Shown: positions 14,688 to 27,941, counted from the stretch's first letter. The stretch: 64,000 nt of DNA from Octopus vulgaris (GCA_951406725.2 OX597818.1:87358001-87422000); one strand, 5' to 3'. Program-made: numbers and translations. The notes: a model not told the origin generated them from the sequence alone.

Positions 14688-14959
14688 ATATATATGTACT
14701 GCTTATAGAACCCAAATGAATGGTCGGGGGTCTTAGAAGGAAAAGAAAGGGTGTAAAATTGATATGCAGTTGTAGGGGGTTGGTAAGTTTACCATACGAT
14801 GTTCAGATCATCAGCACGCCACCACCCTGTCCGTTCTCTGTCTGGCTGTCTGTCTGTCTGTCTGTCTGTCTTTGTCATGTTTTAAAAACAGGTGCAATCG
14901 ATCATTCAGTTAAGTAGTCAACTGAAATCAACGATTAAAAAATAACTTTATATATATAT

Positions 14960-15290
14960 ATGTAAAAGTAAAAAAATACAAACTGGGACAAGAACGTGAA
15001 ACATTAGAAGACGACACAAAAAACACGGACGGGACGACACTCGAAGCCCTCAATCCCCAGTCAAGAACCGGATCATCCTCGCAATTTCGGCTGATTAATC
15101 TTGAGATTGCTCCGACCTGGCCAGCCCCAAAGGAAAATCTAAGCCAAGCGCATTAGATTCCTTGGAAGAAAGCCTCGAATGTATACAAAACAAGGACGGA
15201 AAACGGACGATGTTACACGAATACAAAAATACGTAAAAACAATAATGATAGCACGAATAAGAATACAAAAATACGTAAAAACAATTATGA
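14960..15290 (-). ncRNA. (AT)n-abutting structured module with rearranged hammerhead-like strands (15041-15178)
   Basis: Minus strand: gcaaTC-tcaaga..cagcc-GAAA-ttgc..tcttga-CTGGGGA. Stems I and III pair perfectly but the strand order is non-canonical. Confidence 0.5.
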
Positions 15291-15294
15291 TATG

Positions 15295-15434
<140 letters not shown>

Positions 15435-15510
15435 CATATATATACATAACACTATACAAATATTCCTTTAAAAAAAAAAAATTTTATGTTTCTAAATTTC
15501 ATTATTTAAT

Positions 15511-15558
15511 CGTTACAGTTGAAAAGGTCTCAAAATGACCGAAATCGGTACTGAAATG
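15511..15558 (+). ncRNA. Minimal type I hammerhead, U3-A8 variant
   Basis: cgttacag-TTGAAAA-ggtc-tcaaaat-gacc-GAAA-tcgg-TA-ctgaaatg, about 85 nt upstream of (AT)n. Confidence 0.75.
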
Positions 15559-15643
15559 TTCTTTATAAAATTATTTTAGCATTTTCTATCTTGACTTGTT
15601 TTTTCATATATATCAACTCGTGTGTTCCTTTTCACCCTTATAC

Positions 15644-15728
<85 letters not shown>

Positions 15729-15741
15729 AATATATATATAT

Positions 15742-15936
15742 TGTAAATAATAAAAGGGTAAAATGAATTAATTATTAATTAATAATTTTACCAAGTAGTG
15801 TTCAGTATGTAAAAAGACCATTTACGGTATATTTAAAACATTACGTTATATAATTAGGGTTCAGTAAAAAAATTTACTTTACCACGCACCGAACTGTTAG
15901 AAATAGCAGCCAAAAAATTTAGCTATTTCATCTACT
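15742..15936 (-). ncRNA. (AT)n-abutting module with the same four-way-junction motif (copy 2, different stem sequences)
   Basis: Minus strand: TGGCTGCTATTT, helix gttcggtgcgt/acatactgaac, hairpins agtaaa/tttact, tata..aacg/tgtt..tata and accg/tggt, ACCCTAA; outer helix agtag/ctact. Confidence 0.6.
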
Positions 15937-15973
15937 ATATATATATATATTTCATCTACTATATATATATGCT

Positions 15974-16878
15974 GTGAGTCAATGGGCAGACAGAAACAAA
16001 ATGCAACTGAATGAGGGAAAATTTGAGCTGATGCATTTTGGAAGAAATTCCTCACTAAAACAACCATACTCTCTTCCTTCAGGGGAACCGCTCACAGCCT
16101 CTAACAATATCAGAGACCTGGGTGTAATTGTTGATGACGATCTCAGTTGGAGTGCACACATCAACAAGAAGGTCGATATAGCTCGTAGGATGAGTTCCTG
16201 GATCTTAAGAACTTTCCGGTCCAGAGAACAAGTTGTCATCATACCACTTTTTCCCTCCTTTATACGGCTACACCTTGAATACTGCTGCCCACTGTGGTCG
16301 CCCCATACAAGACAAAACATCTCCAGAATTGAGTCACCCCAGAGGGCACTCACTAAACGAATTGAAGGCATGGCTGCTCTCGATTATTGGGATCGCCTTA
16401 AAGCCTTGAAACTTTACTCCCTCCAGCGTCGCCGTGAGCGGTACATCATTTGTACGATGTGGAGAATATACCGCCAACTTTGCCCAAAGAACTTAACATT
16501 AGCTTCAAGGTTCATCCAAGACTGGGACCACGGGCCATACGTCCCCTGCCCAATTCAAGATCACAACATACATGTACACTGCAACATAATTTCTTTTCCT
16601 AAACAGGCCCTGCCCTATTTAACATTGTCCCGAGGGAGATCAAAGAGGAAAAGGATCCCATCAACTTTAAACGGAGTCTGGATAGATTCCTTCAAAGAAT
16701 ACCAGATAAGCCACCCATAATTGGATACAACTCACCCAACAAGAACTCACTACTTGAACAAAATTTGACTTAAACAACACTTGACTTAAACAGGACTCGA
16801 ATAATCCTTTCAGGTGGTGCTATTAAGTTAGACATGGCCTGGACCAGTCTTTGGTCGAAACATATCCAAGTTTATCCA

Positions 16879-16882
<4 letters not shown>
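15974..16882 (+). mobile_element. CR1-clade LINE, 5'-truncated (RT C-terminus plus 3' UTR)
   Basis: WADRNKMQLNEGKFELMHFG..IRDLGVIVDDDLSWSAHI..LEYCCPLWSPH..QRALTKRI..YWDRLKALKLYSLQRRRERY; frameshift near 16490; tandem tail (atccaagttt)2. Confidence 0.9.
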
Positions 16883-16944
<62 letters not shown>

Positions 16945-16949
16945 TATAT

Positions 16950-18367
16950 ACCAAAAAGGATCAGTAAGGAATTCATTACTAAATCAATTGAATTCATCCT
17001 ACACAATAACCACTTCATGTTTGACAATACATTTTACCGTCAAAAATCCGGAATTGCTATGGGTACAAGGGCAGCACCAGTCATTGCGAACTTAACAATG
17101 GGATACATGGAAATAATCATTTACCAGGAATCTCTATCAATCTTTGGAAACTCCCTCTCTCAATACATAAAAGAGAATTGGAAACGATTCCTAGACGATT
17201 GTTTCATTCTCTGGAATGAAAACATAGATAAACTCCTAAAATTTAAAAACCTATTGAACAGCATAAACCCAAATATACAGTTCACAATGGAATACAACCA
17301 AAAGGAGCTCCCGTTCTTGGATATACTAATTAAAAAAATTAACCTTAAAATAGAAACAGACATTTTTTACAAAGCCACAGACGCCAAACAATACCTTCTT
17401 TTTAATTCATGCCACCCAAGACACACTAAAACAAACATCCCCTTCAACCTTGCAAGAAGGATATGCACAATAGTGTCAGAACAAAATACCAGGAACTTTA
17501 GACTGCAAGAACTCAAAAACACCCTGATTGACAGACATTACCCAGCTCAACTCATAGAGGATGGGATCAGACGTGCAACAGAAATCAACATAGAAACTTT
17601 AAGAAAAGTTCAACACAACAACACACCTTCCCCGAAAATACTACCTTACATATCTACATACAACCCCAGAAACAAAGAAGCCTTCACCATCATCACCCAG
17701 AATTTACCAATACTTCATAAAAACCCAAAATTAAAGGAAATTCTAAACATACACCAAATCATTAAAAGCTACAAACAGCCTAAATCACTTAAAAAGATTC
17801 TCACAAAGGCAAAATTGTCTTCTAAAATTACGGATGCAAAAGTAAAAAAATGTGGTAGATCGAACTGTGCAACATGTCCTAACCTATTGGAAGGATCAGA
17901 ATTCTTCTTTAAAGAGGGACAGAAATTCAAGATCTTCCCATTTTACCAATGTGCTTTCGGATCATCAACACAAATGAGACTGAACAAGGAAACATTCTTC
18001 ATTGAAAAGTACAAACCCAGACTCAACCATCCGAACATACTGACACAGAGAAATTAACAAGGAAAAGGAAAAAAAATTTTTTAAGCGATTATCTCCCCTA
18101 CACCGGAAAAAATCACTCACTACCTCCCCTTATTTAGAAATCTCCTGGAAATAAAAACAACGATAATTCCATGCAATATAAACATAACGTCACAAGAAAT
18201 TTGAAAAGCTACACGCGAAACCGGTAATTTCTTTAAAAATTTTAAAATTATGTCATTTTAAGGAAAGGGAAAAAAACTTTTTCCAATATTCTCCAGACAT
18301 TTTGACACAAATATATATATTTTTTAACATTTAAGCCTTCTGTCGTTTTTTCACACTTTACTATTTT

Positions 18368-18370
<3 letters not shown>
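16950..18370 (+). mobile_element. Penelope-like element: RT C-terminal half, internally deleted GIY-YIG, 3' HHR, ending at (AT)n
   Basis: Open frame to 18057: NHFMFDNTFYRQKSGIAMGTRAAPVIANLTMG, WKRFLDDCF, IQFTME..LPFLDILI, YLLFNSCHP..NIPFNLARR, CGRSNCATC, ..YKPRLN. Confidence 0.92.
18194..18233 (+). ncRNA. Minimal type I hammerhead, U3-A8 variant, in the Penelope 3' region
   Basis: aagaaat-TTGAAAA-gc-tacac-gc-GAAA-ccgg-TA-atttctt: perfect 7-bp stem I and palindromic stem III. Confidence 0.85.
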
Positions 18371-18413
<43 letters not shown>

Positions 18414-18435
18414 CATACATACATACATACATATA

Positions 18436-18720
18436 AATGATCTAGTGTTTAGAGCAGCGGACTCGCAGGTTCAAATCTCAGATCGGGCGATCTGTGTGTT
18501 TATGAGCGAAACACCAAAGTTCCACGCGGTTCCGGCAGAAGGTAATGGCGAACTTCTGCTGACTCTTTCGCCACAACTTTCTATCACTCTTTCCTCCTGC
18601 ATCTTGCAGCTCACCTGCAACGGACTGGCGTCCCGTCCAGGTGAGGACCTATACGCCAAGGAAACCGGGAAACCGGGAAACCGGCCCCATGAGCCAGGTA
18701 TGGCATGAGAAGGAACAAGA
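18436..18720 (+). mobile_element. tRNA-derived SINE, family C
   Basis: Head tgatctagtg..ggttcaaatc; body ggactggcgtcccgtcc..gaaaccgggaaaccg..cccatgagcc shared with 55950-56182. Confidence 0.75.
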
Positions 18721-18734
18721 AAGATATATATATA

Positions 18735-18819
<85 letters not shown>

Positions 18820-19029
18820 ATGTTTGTATTTCTATCTTATTCTCTTTTACCGTACTTCACTCTTCTCTCCTCCCTTTGTCTCCCCGCTCTCCCTCTCTTT
18901 CACATTTGACTATTTAAACAGACAGCGTCGTTCATCATGCATTTATAATACAGACATTTACAAGATGGCGTTAATAACGAAATAGCAGAGTCAGAGCTTA
19001 GGAATACTTTGCATCTGTTCTTCCACTTT

Positions 19030-19243
19030 TACAGGAAACCTAAATTGTTGCATGAACAAAAAGTATTTTACAATGATATTCTCAAAAGAGTTTGTTTATC
19101 GAAGGGGAGGACTGTTTTTCTTGGTGCTCCGACAGGAACTGGTAAAACATTTGTCACTAAGCTATTACTTGCCTGTAAATCGACAACAGAAGAAAATAAC
19201 TTTGGCTGTTGCTTCTTCAGGTATTGCTGCAATGCTACTTCCA
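19030..19243 (+). pseudogene. Helitron-type PIF1 helicase fragment, frameshifted
   Basis: VFLGAPTGTGKTFVTKLLLA (Walker A), then in another frame RQQKKITLAVASSGIAAMLLP; truncated by (ATGT)n. Confidence 0.85.
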
Positions 19244-19480
19244 ATGTATGTATGTATGTATGTATGTATGTATGTATGTATGTATGTATGTATGTATGTA
19301 TGTATGTATGTATGTATGTATGTATGTATGTATGTATGCATGTATGTATGCATGCATGTATGTATGTATGCATGTATGTATATATGTATGCATATATGCA
19401 TGTATGTATGTATGTATGTATGTATGTATGTATGTATGTATGTATGTATGTGTGTATGTATGTATGTATGCATGCATGCT

Positions 19481-19520
<40 letters not shown>

Positions 19521-19522
19521 GA

Positions 19523-19632
19523 TATAAAGGGTAAAATTAATTAATTAATTAATAATTTATAATTTTACCAAGTAGTTCGGTATATTAAAAGAACTAATAT
19601 CGGTAACCTTATACAAAAATTCTATAATTATA
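19523..19632 (-). repeat. Truncated relative of the 15742-15936 module
   Basis: Shares aaagggtaaaat..aattttaccaagtag..ttc.gtat..aaaaga..cggta; lies between (AT)n tracts. Confidence 0.65.
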
Positions 19633-19633
19633 A

Positions 19634-19687
<54 letters not shown>

Positions 19688-19689
19688 TA

Positions 19690-19966
19690 TCTATAAAAGG
19701 GAGGATGTGTGTACGTGATTGTAATTTATGCACATCCACAAATTAGTACGCATGTCACTCAAAGTTTAGAACATCTGTTAACACCCTATTTGGGTTTTGT
19801 CAACTTATTTTTTCCCCGAGGCACCCGCGGATAGGGTAAAAATCTATTTTCAACCATAGCTTTTAACCATAACAAATATCAGCCATTGTTTTTGATGGCG
19901 TCTAACAAAAAAAAAAAGATAAAGAAAAGTGGAAGAAGGAGGCAGAGAGTTTCACGGGAAAGACAA

Positions 19967-20018
<52 letters not shown>

Positions 20019-20838
20019 ATTGCTTTTTGACGGCGTCTAACAAAAAAATAAGATAAAGAAAAGTGGAAGAAGAAGGCAGAGAGTTTCACGGGAAAGACAA
20101 AGTGAGAGAGGGAGAGAGAGAGAGTAAGTGACTACGTTCATAAAAAATAAAATGTAAAATGTTTTGTTTTTTGTTTTTGAAAGACACTCACACAACAATT
20201 ACAATATATTTATTTTAGATCATTTATTTATTTTAAATCGTTCATCTTTCTCCCCCCTCTCTCTCTCACACACATTACTTTGGGTGCGAAAGAGTTTTGT
20301 TTTTATTTTACACTGAGTAAAAAAGTGTTTTGTTGACAATCCATTTATTTAACAACAAAGAAACAAAGAGGTGAGTAACAATTTGCCAGTGAATTACACA
20401 ATATAAATGGGTACAATTTGCGAGGCTTCCACCCCACCCCACTCCGTTTCACGGACCACAAAAAGGGTTTTGAGGCCAGAGTAGCTGATTCCATGCCAAA
20501 AAAACGGATTTTTTTCTTAGTGAAAATTGTGCGAGTGTTAATCCACAAATTTAACAACATTATTTCCATTCATTTCTGTTTATGAACATGTATGCGTGCA
20601 CAAAACATGCAATAGGTGTACGTGTGTATGTGTGTTCGTGTCTGTTGCCCATATATATTATATTATATATATATAATATGTATAATATATATATAATATA
20701 TATATATATAATATAACTAATTTCGACGGATTTCGCCCAAATTTGACGTTTATATTACATAATTTGGTTTGAAATAAAGAACTTGATTAGCTTAATAATC
20801 GTAACTTAATCCCGGGCAAGGCCGGGTTATACTGCTAG
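19690..20838 (+). mobile_element. Non-autonomous Helitron, second family, with internal ~130-bp duplication
   Basis: 5' TC(tataaaag); 3' hairpin cccgggcaaggccggg then tactgCTAG|t; gccattg..ggcgtctaacaa..gacaaagtgagag repeated at about 19882 and 20016. Confidence 0.75.
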
Positions 20839-21822
20839 TTATATATAAACGGTATTACAACGTGTGGAGTGCAGCGGTCCTTTCAATTATGAGTAACTGT
20901 GGATTTCTGCATCAAGAATGTTCTCCCTGGTGTAAAGTTGTGCAAAATTTGTAGTTAGCCATGCATGCAAATCTCTCTTATCTTCATACTATCATTATCT
21001 TGTTCAGAAAAAATGTTTTCATTTTGTCACTTACACGCCAAGGAAATCGAGTGGTCGTCTTTTGAGTCCAAGAGCCCAAGTAAAAAGAAGCAAGAAAAGA
21101 AAGGGAGAGTGTATATTTTTTCTTTTCTCCGTTATTTGCTTAAAGATTTTGTCCAAATATTTATGGTTTCATTTCTTTCTTTTACGCGCCATTCTTGTTG
21201 CAGACAGCTATTGAAGGGTTAATCTCCGTTATTTTTACCTTTGCTCAGTTTATAAAAGGTTTTAATGTTCGCGCCTATTCCTTTCACACAAACACAATCA
21301 GTCTCTCTCTCTCTCCCACACACACATACAGAAAGAGATTCACATGAAAATATATATCCAAACATTTTGGCTATTTGCTAATGTCCTCCATTAAAAAATA
21401 AGGAAGTATTATCATAAGTATATTAATTTTGCATAACATCCATTAAGATATATTGAGCATGATGTTTACATACATAGTATTTATATATTACTGTAATGCG
21501 GCTTCATAATTCTCCGTATTTTGTGCGTGTATATGCATGTATATATGTGCATGTGTGTGTGTGTACATTTTAAAAATGTATTTAAATCATTCATTTGAAC
21601 GAGAAGCCGGTTTCTAACAAAGTAACAGAGCTCCATTTCTTAGCTTTTAGATCACAATGAATAAAGAAATCGCATATTGAATTTTAGAAAAGCATTGAAT
21701 ACTTTTATTGTTTTTTTTTTAGCAAGTTTGTATTAGCTGGTCACTTTCTACGTCTGCATTCCGTCGCCATTGTTCTTCCGAAATTGCTACTCTAAACATT
21801 TACTATTATGAATACTATGCAT

Positions 21823-22920
21823 AAAGCAGCGAACTGGCAGAATCGATAGCACGCCGGGCGAAATGCTTAGCGGTATTTCGTCTGTCGTTACGTTGTGAGT
21901 TCAAATTCCGCCGAGGTTGACTTTGCCTTTCATCCTTTCGGGGTCGATTAAATAAGTACCAGTTTCGCACTGGGGTCGATATAACCGACTTAATCCGTTT
22001 GTCTGTCCTTGTTTCATCCTTTCGGGGTCGATAAATTAAGTACCAGTTCCGCACTGGGGTCGATTACATCGACTTAATCCGTTTTTCTGCCTTGTTTTTC
22101 CGTTCTGTGTTTAGCCCCTTGTGGGTAGTAAAGAAATAGGTATTTCATCTGCCGCCACGTTCTGAGTTCAAATTCCGCTGAAGTCGACTTTGCCTTTCAT
22201 CTTTTCGGGGTCGATTAAATAAGTATCAGTTACATACTGGAATCGATATAATCAACTTAATCCGTTTGTCTGTTCTTGTTTGTCCTCTGTGTTTAGCCCC
22301 TTGTGGGTAGTAAAGAAATAGGTATTTCGTCTGCCATTACGTTCTGAATTCAAATTCCGCCGACCTCCACTTTGCCTTTCATCCTTTCGGGGTCGATAAA
22401 TTAAGTACTAGTTACACACTGGGGTCGATGTAATTGAGTTAATTCCCTTATCTGTCCTTGTTTGTCCCCTCTATGTTTAGCCTCTTTTGGGCAATAAAGA
22501 AATAAGAATCGTTAGCGCTGCTTTTTCGTCTGTCTTTAGGTTCTGAGTTCAAATTCCGTTGAGGTCCACTTCGCCTTTTATACTTTCGTAGTCAAGAAAA
22601 TAAGTACCAGTTGAGAACTGGGGTCGGTATAATCGAGTTAACTTTTCCTCTTAAATTTCAGGCCTTGCGCCTATAACAGAACGGCTTATGGATATTATGC
22701 AAAAGGTGGTGAGCTGGTAGAATGATGAGCACGTTAGACAAAATGCTCAGCGGTTTTTCTTCCGTCTTTATGTTCTGAGTTCAAATTCCACTGAAGTCGA
22801 CTTTGTTTTTCCTCCTTTCGGGGGTGATGAAATAAGTACCAGTTGAGCACTGGGGTCGATGTAACCGACTTAACACCTTCCTTAGAGTTGCTGCCTTTGT
22901 GCCAAAATTAGAAATAAAAA
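21823..22920 (+). mobile_element. Head-to-tail cluster and multimer of family A SINEs
   Basis: Five ga(g/a)ttcaaattcc B boxes; junction aaagaaataggtatttc at about 22130 and 22312. Confidence 0.9.
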
Positions 22921-23099
22921 TCATTATGAATAGTTTGTGTGTACGTATATATGTATCCAATGATCCAATTTCCAGTGCGCAAGCGTGCACACACACAAAC
23001 AGATGTATGTATGTGTATGTGCGTGTATATATATGCATATGTATACGTACATGTATATGTATAGATCGCATATTCACTCTAACTCAGGTCATTGAACTA

Positions 23100-24312
23100 G
23101 CGAACGAATACAAGCTTCCTCCGTGCATCGCATTCTTTGATTGGCCTTCATCGCTTCTCACCTCTACTCTGCAACAAGAATGGCGCATAAAGGAAAAAAA
23201 TAAATCGATAAATGTTTGGACAAAATCTTTAAGCAAATAACGGAGAAAAGAAAAGGCCTTCGATAACGTCGAGACGAACGCAATGTTGCAATCTCTTGGA
23301 AATGCAAGGTGTCGAGGTGCAACACATCACAGAACTCAGAGATTCGAACACTGGATGCATAAACAGATATAGCTCTGCCATCACCACCAGTAAGGGTCCC
23401 AACATAGAAGGGTGTGAAGCAAGGTGATACCATCTCTCCAAAGCTCTTTACCAAACGACTAGAAATGGTGAAGGACATACACTGGATAGGTGGCGTGAAC
23501 ATGAATGGTAAGCAATTAACACCCCTCTGATTCGCTGATGAAATTGTACTCATCGCTGAAACTACAAATCGGCTTCAGACTATGCTGAAAGAGCTGGACA
23601 ATCAGAGTTTAGCAGTAGGTCTTAAAATAAACCGCATGAAAACAAAATGTGTCCAACCGGAAGGCTCGAAAACAAAATGTATCCGACTACAAGGCTCTAC
23701 TCTGCTTTGTAGCACAAGGCAGAGTAGAGGTGAGAAGCGATGAAATCGAAGAGGTAAAGGTGTACGTCTACTTAAGGCAGTCAGTGGATATGTGGTGAGA
23801 TATGGATACCGAAATCTCAAAGAGAATATGGGTAGGATGGAAGGCATTTAATTCAATAAAGAATGTGCTCAAATGAATGCTAGACAATACCATGTATGCC
23901 AGACTCTTCAATAGTACTGTCCCCCCTGTGCTTTAATACGCAAGTGAGACGAGGGCCACTACGAAGAGGACAGAACATAGATTGGCTTCGACACAAACAG
24001 CCCTGGAAATACCTGAACATATTCGAAATGAAATAATTTGAGAATGTAGCGAAGTGGACGTTTTGATCGCAGAATACTGACAACGCAAGATCCACTGAGC
24101 CAGACATGCCGCAAGGGTCAGAAACGACAGGTGAATGCAGTTGCCGTGTAGCATCCAAGAGATCGGAAAAGGCACTTGGAAGGCCTCCATGACGATGGGA
24201 TGACAATTTAGTCAAGCAATTTTGGTCAAGTTGGAAAAGTACAGCGTAATTAAGACAGCGTTGGAAGTGTATTGTGACCAGTGGTGTATAACAGCACCTG
24301 ATGGTCTGGTTA
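23100..24312 (+). mobile_element. RTE-clade LINE RT relic
   Basis: KGVKQGDTISPKLFT..GVNMNGKQLTPL*FADEIVLIAETTNRLQTMLKELDNQSLAVGLKINRMKTK; downstream KRHLGRPP*RWDD; many stops. Confidence 0.85.
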
Positions 24313-24370
24313 ATTATATAATATGTATATGTATGTATACTTGTATGTGTGTGTTTGTATATATATATAT

Positions 24371-24526
24371 AGGCGTAGGAGTGGTAAGTAGCTTGTTTAC
24401 GAACCACATGGTTCCGGGTTCAGTTCCACTGCGTGGCACCTTGGGCAAGTGTCTTCTACTATAGCCTTGGGCCAACCAAAGCCTTGTGAGTGGATTTGGT
24501 AGGCGGAAACTGAAAGAAGCCCGTCA

Positions 24527-24601
<75 letters not shown>

Positions 24602-24815
24602 ATATGTTTGTGTGTCTGTGTTTGTCACCCCAACATCGCTTGACAACCGATGCTGGTGTGTTTACGTCCCCGTAACTTAGCGGTCCGGCAAAAGAGACCG
24701 ATAGAATAAGTACTAAAATTACAAAGAATAAGTCCTGGGGTCGATTTGCTCGACTAAAGGCGGTGCACCAGCATGATCACAGTCACATGACTGAAACACG
24801 TAAAAGAGTAAAAGA

Positions 24816-24817
<2 letters not shown>
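24371..24817 (+). mobile_element. tRNA-derived SINE, family B, with internal microsatellite
   Basis: ggcgtaggagtgg..gggttcag.tcc..gcaccttgggcaagtg..cggaaactgaaagaagcc..(AT/GT)n..gactgaaac..taaaagagtaaaagag. Confidence 0.9.
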
Positions 24818-24866
<49 letters not shown>

Positions 24867-24874
24867 TATATCTA

Positions 24875-25086
24875 CAGGGTGGCCCCAAAGTAGGTTTACA
24901 GTTATTCAACTATCTCTTTCGCATTCATATATTAACAGTTTAGATCTTAATTATAAAAAAAATATGAAACCATTATTCTATGCTAATTTAGTTAATTGTA
25001 AGATAGAAATTTAAATGTAATAGAATGTTTTAAAAGAAATTTAAAGTGCCTACGTGATAACTGTAAACCTACTTTGGGCCACCCTG
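24875..25086. mobile_element. Tc1/mariner MITE, deletion derivative of the 13013 family
   Basis: Same TIRs with TA flanks; about 120 bp of internal sequence missing. Confidence 0.9.
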
Positions 25087-25313
25087 TATATATACACACA
25101 CATATATGTACAAACACAGGCGTAGGCACGACTGTGTGGTATGATGTTAGTGTCTTTGCGTTCCTGCAACTTAGCAGTTCGGCAAAAAGATTCCGATAGT
25201 ATAAGTATTAGGCTTAACAAAAAATAAGTACTGTGGTTGTTTCATACGACTAAAAAGTCTTCAAGACTGAGACAAAATAAAATTATATACGTATACGCAG
25301 GCGCGCGCGCACG

Positions 25314-25367
<54 letters not shown>

Positions 25368-25371
<4 letters not shown>

Positions 25372-25486
25372 AAATATTAGGGAATAAATCCAAACTTACA
25401 GGGAAAAATCAGATTTAGGATTGAATCCAATTTTATAGTAAAATATTATATTATATTAAATTAGAGATAAAACCACTATTAGGCAA

Positions 25487-25490
<4 letters not shown>
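25368..25490 (-). repeat. Short terminal fragment of an (AT)n-abutting module
   Basis: aattagagataaaaccactattaggcaa is shared with about 49670 and 51438, and as reverse complement with 47185-47213. Confidence 0.75.
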
Positions 25491-25569
<79 letters not shown>

Positions 25570-25571
<2 letters not shown>

Positions 25572-25852
25572 TGGACTCTCCACAACGTATGAGGGTTCGA
25601 GAATTTCTTGCCGAACTGTTACACAGATGATTTGCTTATAGTGATTAAATGTTTGTGTTCACATAAGCTCACTTCCTCCATCAAATTGACATTACCTGTA
25701 CAGGTGCGCCGTGTGCCACATGTTTGATGATGAAATGATGGCAGAGCAACGTGAAATGAAGAACACAACGCAACGCACGCCCGATCTGGGAATCGAACCC
25801 ACGATCTCGCAATTGTGAGTGCAATACCCTGACCACTAAAGCATGCGCCTTC
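25570..25852 (-). mobile_element. SINE with family C-like head
   Basis: gagcaacgtgaaatg..aacacaacgc..cgcccg.tc.gggaatcgaac..accactaa..gcgcct, as at 56065-56182. Confidence 0.65.
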
Positions 25853-25869
25853 TGGCTGTGCTACATCTT

Positions 25870-26290
25870 CGTTATTTGAAACCCCCTCTGATATGTTACA
25901 TTTGGTAAATGAAGGAGTTTGATGCTGCTGCCCTCATCAGTGTTTTTTTTTTCAGTGTGGTAAGCTCATCTGGAACCCTTGACAAGAGGAGATCCAGTTT
26001 CGTTTTGAAGACACCTACATCCACCCCATGTCAGTCTCTAAGGCATTTTGGAAGGATATTGAAAAGCTGTGGGCCATTGAAACTCAAGCTATTGCAGAAT
26101 CTGGTCCTATATTTTGATGGCGATGCTGAGATCTTTGGCACTATACAGTAGCGCTCCGTTCTGCTGTTTGTGTAACATTCAACGCCAAAGTTTGATGCAA
26201 GGCCATCCAGGATTTTCCAGATGTATATCATTGCATATCTTTCCCGCCTTCGTTCTTGGGAGGAGTCTTAACTCTTCCAACCTTTCCTAG
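25870..26290 (-). mobile_element. CR1-clade LINE 3' fragment
   Basis: RRERYAMIYIWKILDGLASN..GPQLFNILPKCLRD..FKTKLDLLLSRVPDE, homologous to the end of the 15974 element. Confidence 0.8.
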
Positions 26291-26542
26291 CAGCTGGAGC
26301 TGACATGTCGCTAGGTCACAGACAGAGGTGGACCCGTGCAGCTGCCGAGTAGTATCCAATATATATGCATGCGTGCTGGAAAATAAATATAAAGCATGGA
26401 AACAAATATTAGCAAAGAAATTTAAAATGTGACCATTTGTCTTGTCAAAGCAAGTCTTTATTTTAAAAATATTGTTAAATAACACTGCAGGGTTTATTAA
26501 TGCACGTATATATACTTATATCAGTCCCTGTTCGCATGTTCG

Positions 26543-26615
<73 letters not shown>

Positions 26616-26641
26616 GTCTGTCTGTCTGTCTATCTGTCTGC

Positions 26642-27857
<1,216 letters not shown>

Positions 27858-27941
27858 TGCACAGCTTAATGCATGAAAGTACTAGCTCAATCAGAAGGAA
27901 CATGTAATATTGTATCATTTTATTATTTTATTATTATCTTA

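Noticed and set aside
15794-15936. Telomerase RNA gene because of ACCCUAA
   Set aside because: The template would be too short, the motif is multi-copy and TE-like, and no pseudoknot or H/ACA domain is seen; kept only as a noted complementarity.
21823-22920. CRISPR-like regularly spaced repeats
   Set aside because: The spacers are homologous to each other (SINE multimers), the context is eukaryotic and there are no cas genes.
24371-24440. tRNA genes at SINE heads
   Set aside because: A/B-box-like motifs continue into SINE bodies and no complete cloverleaf is evident.
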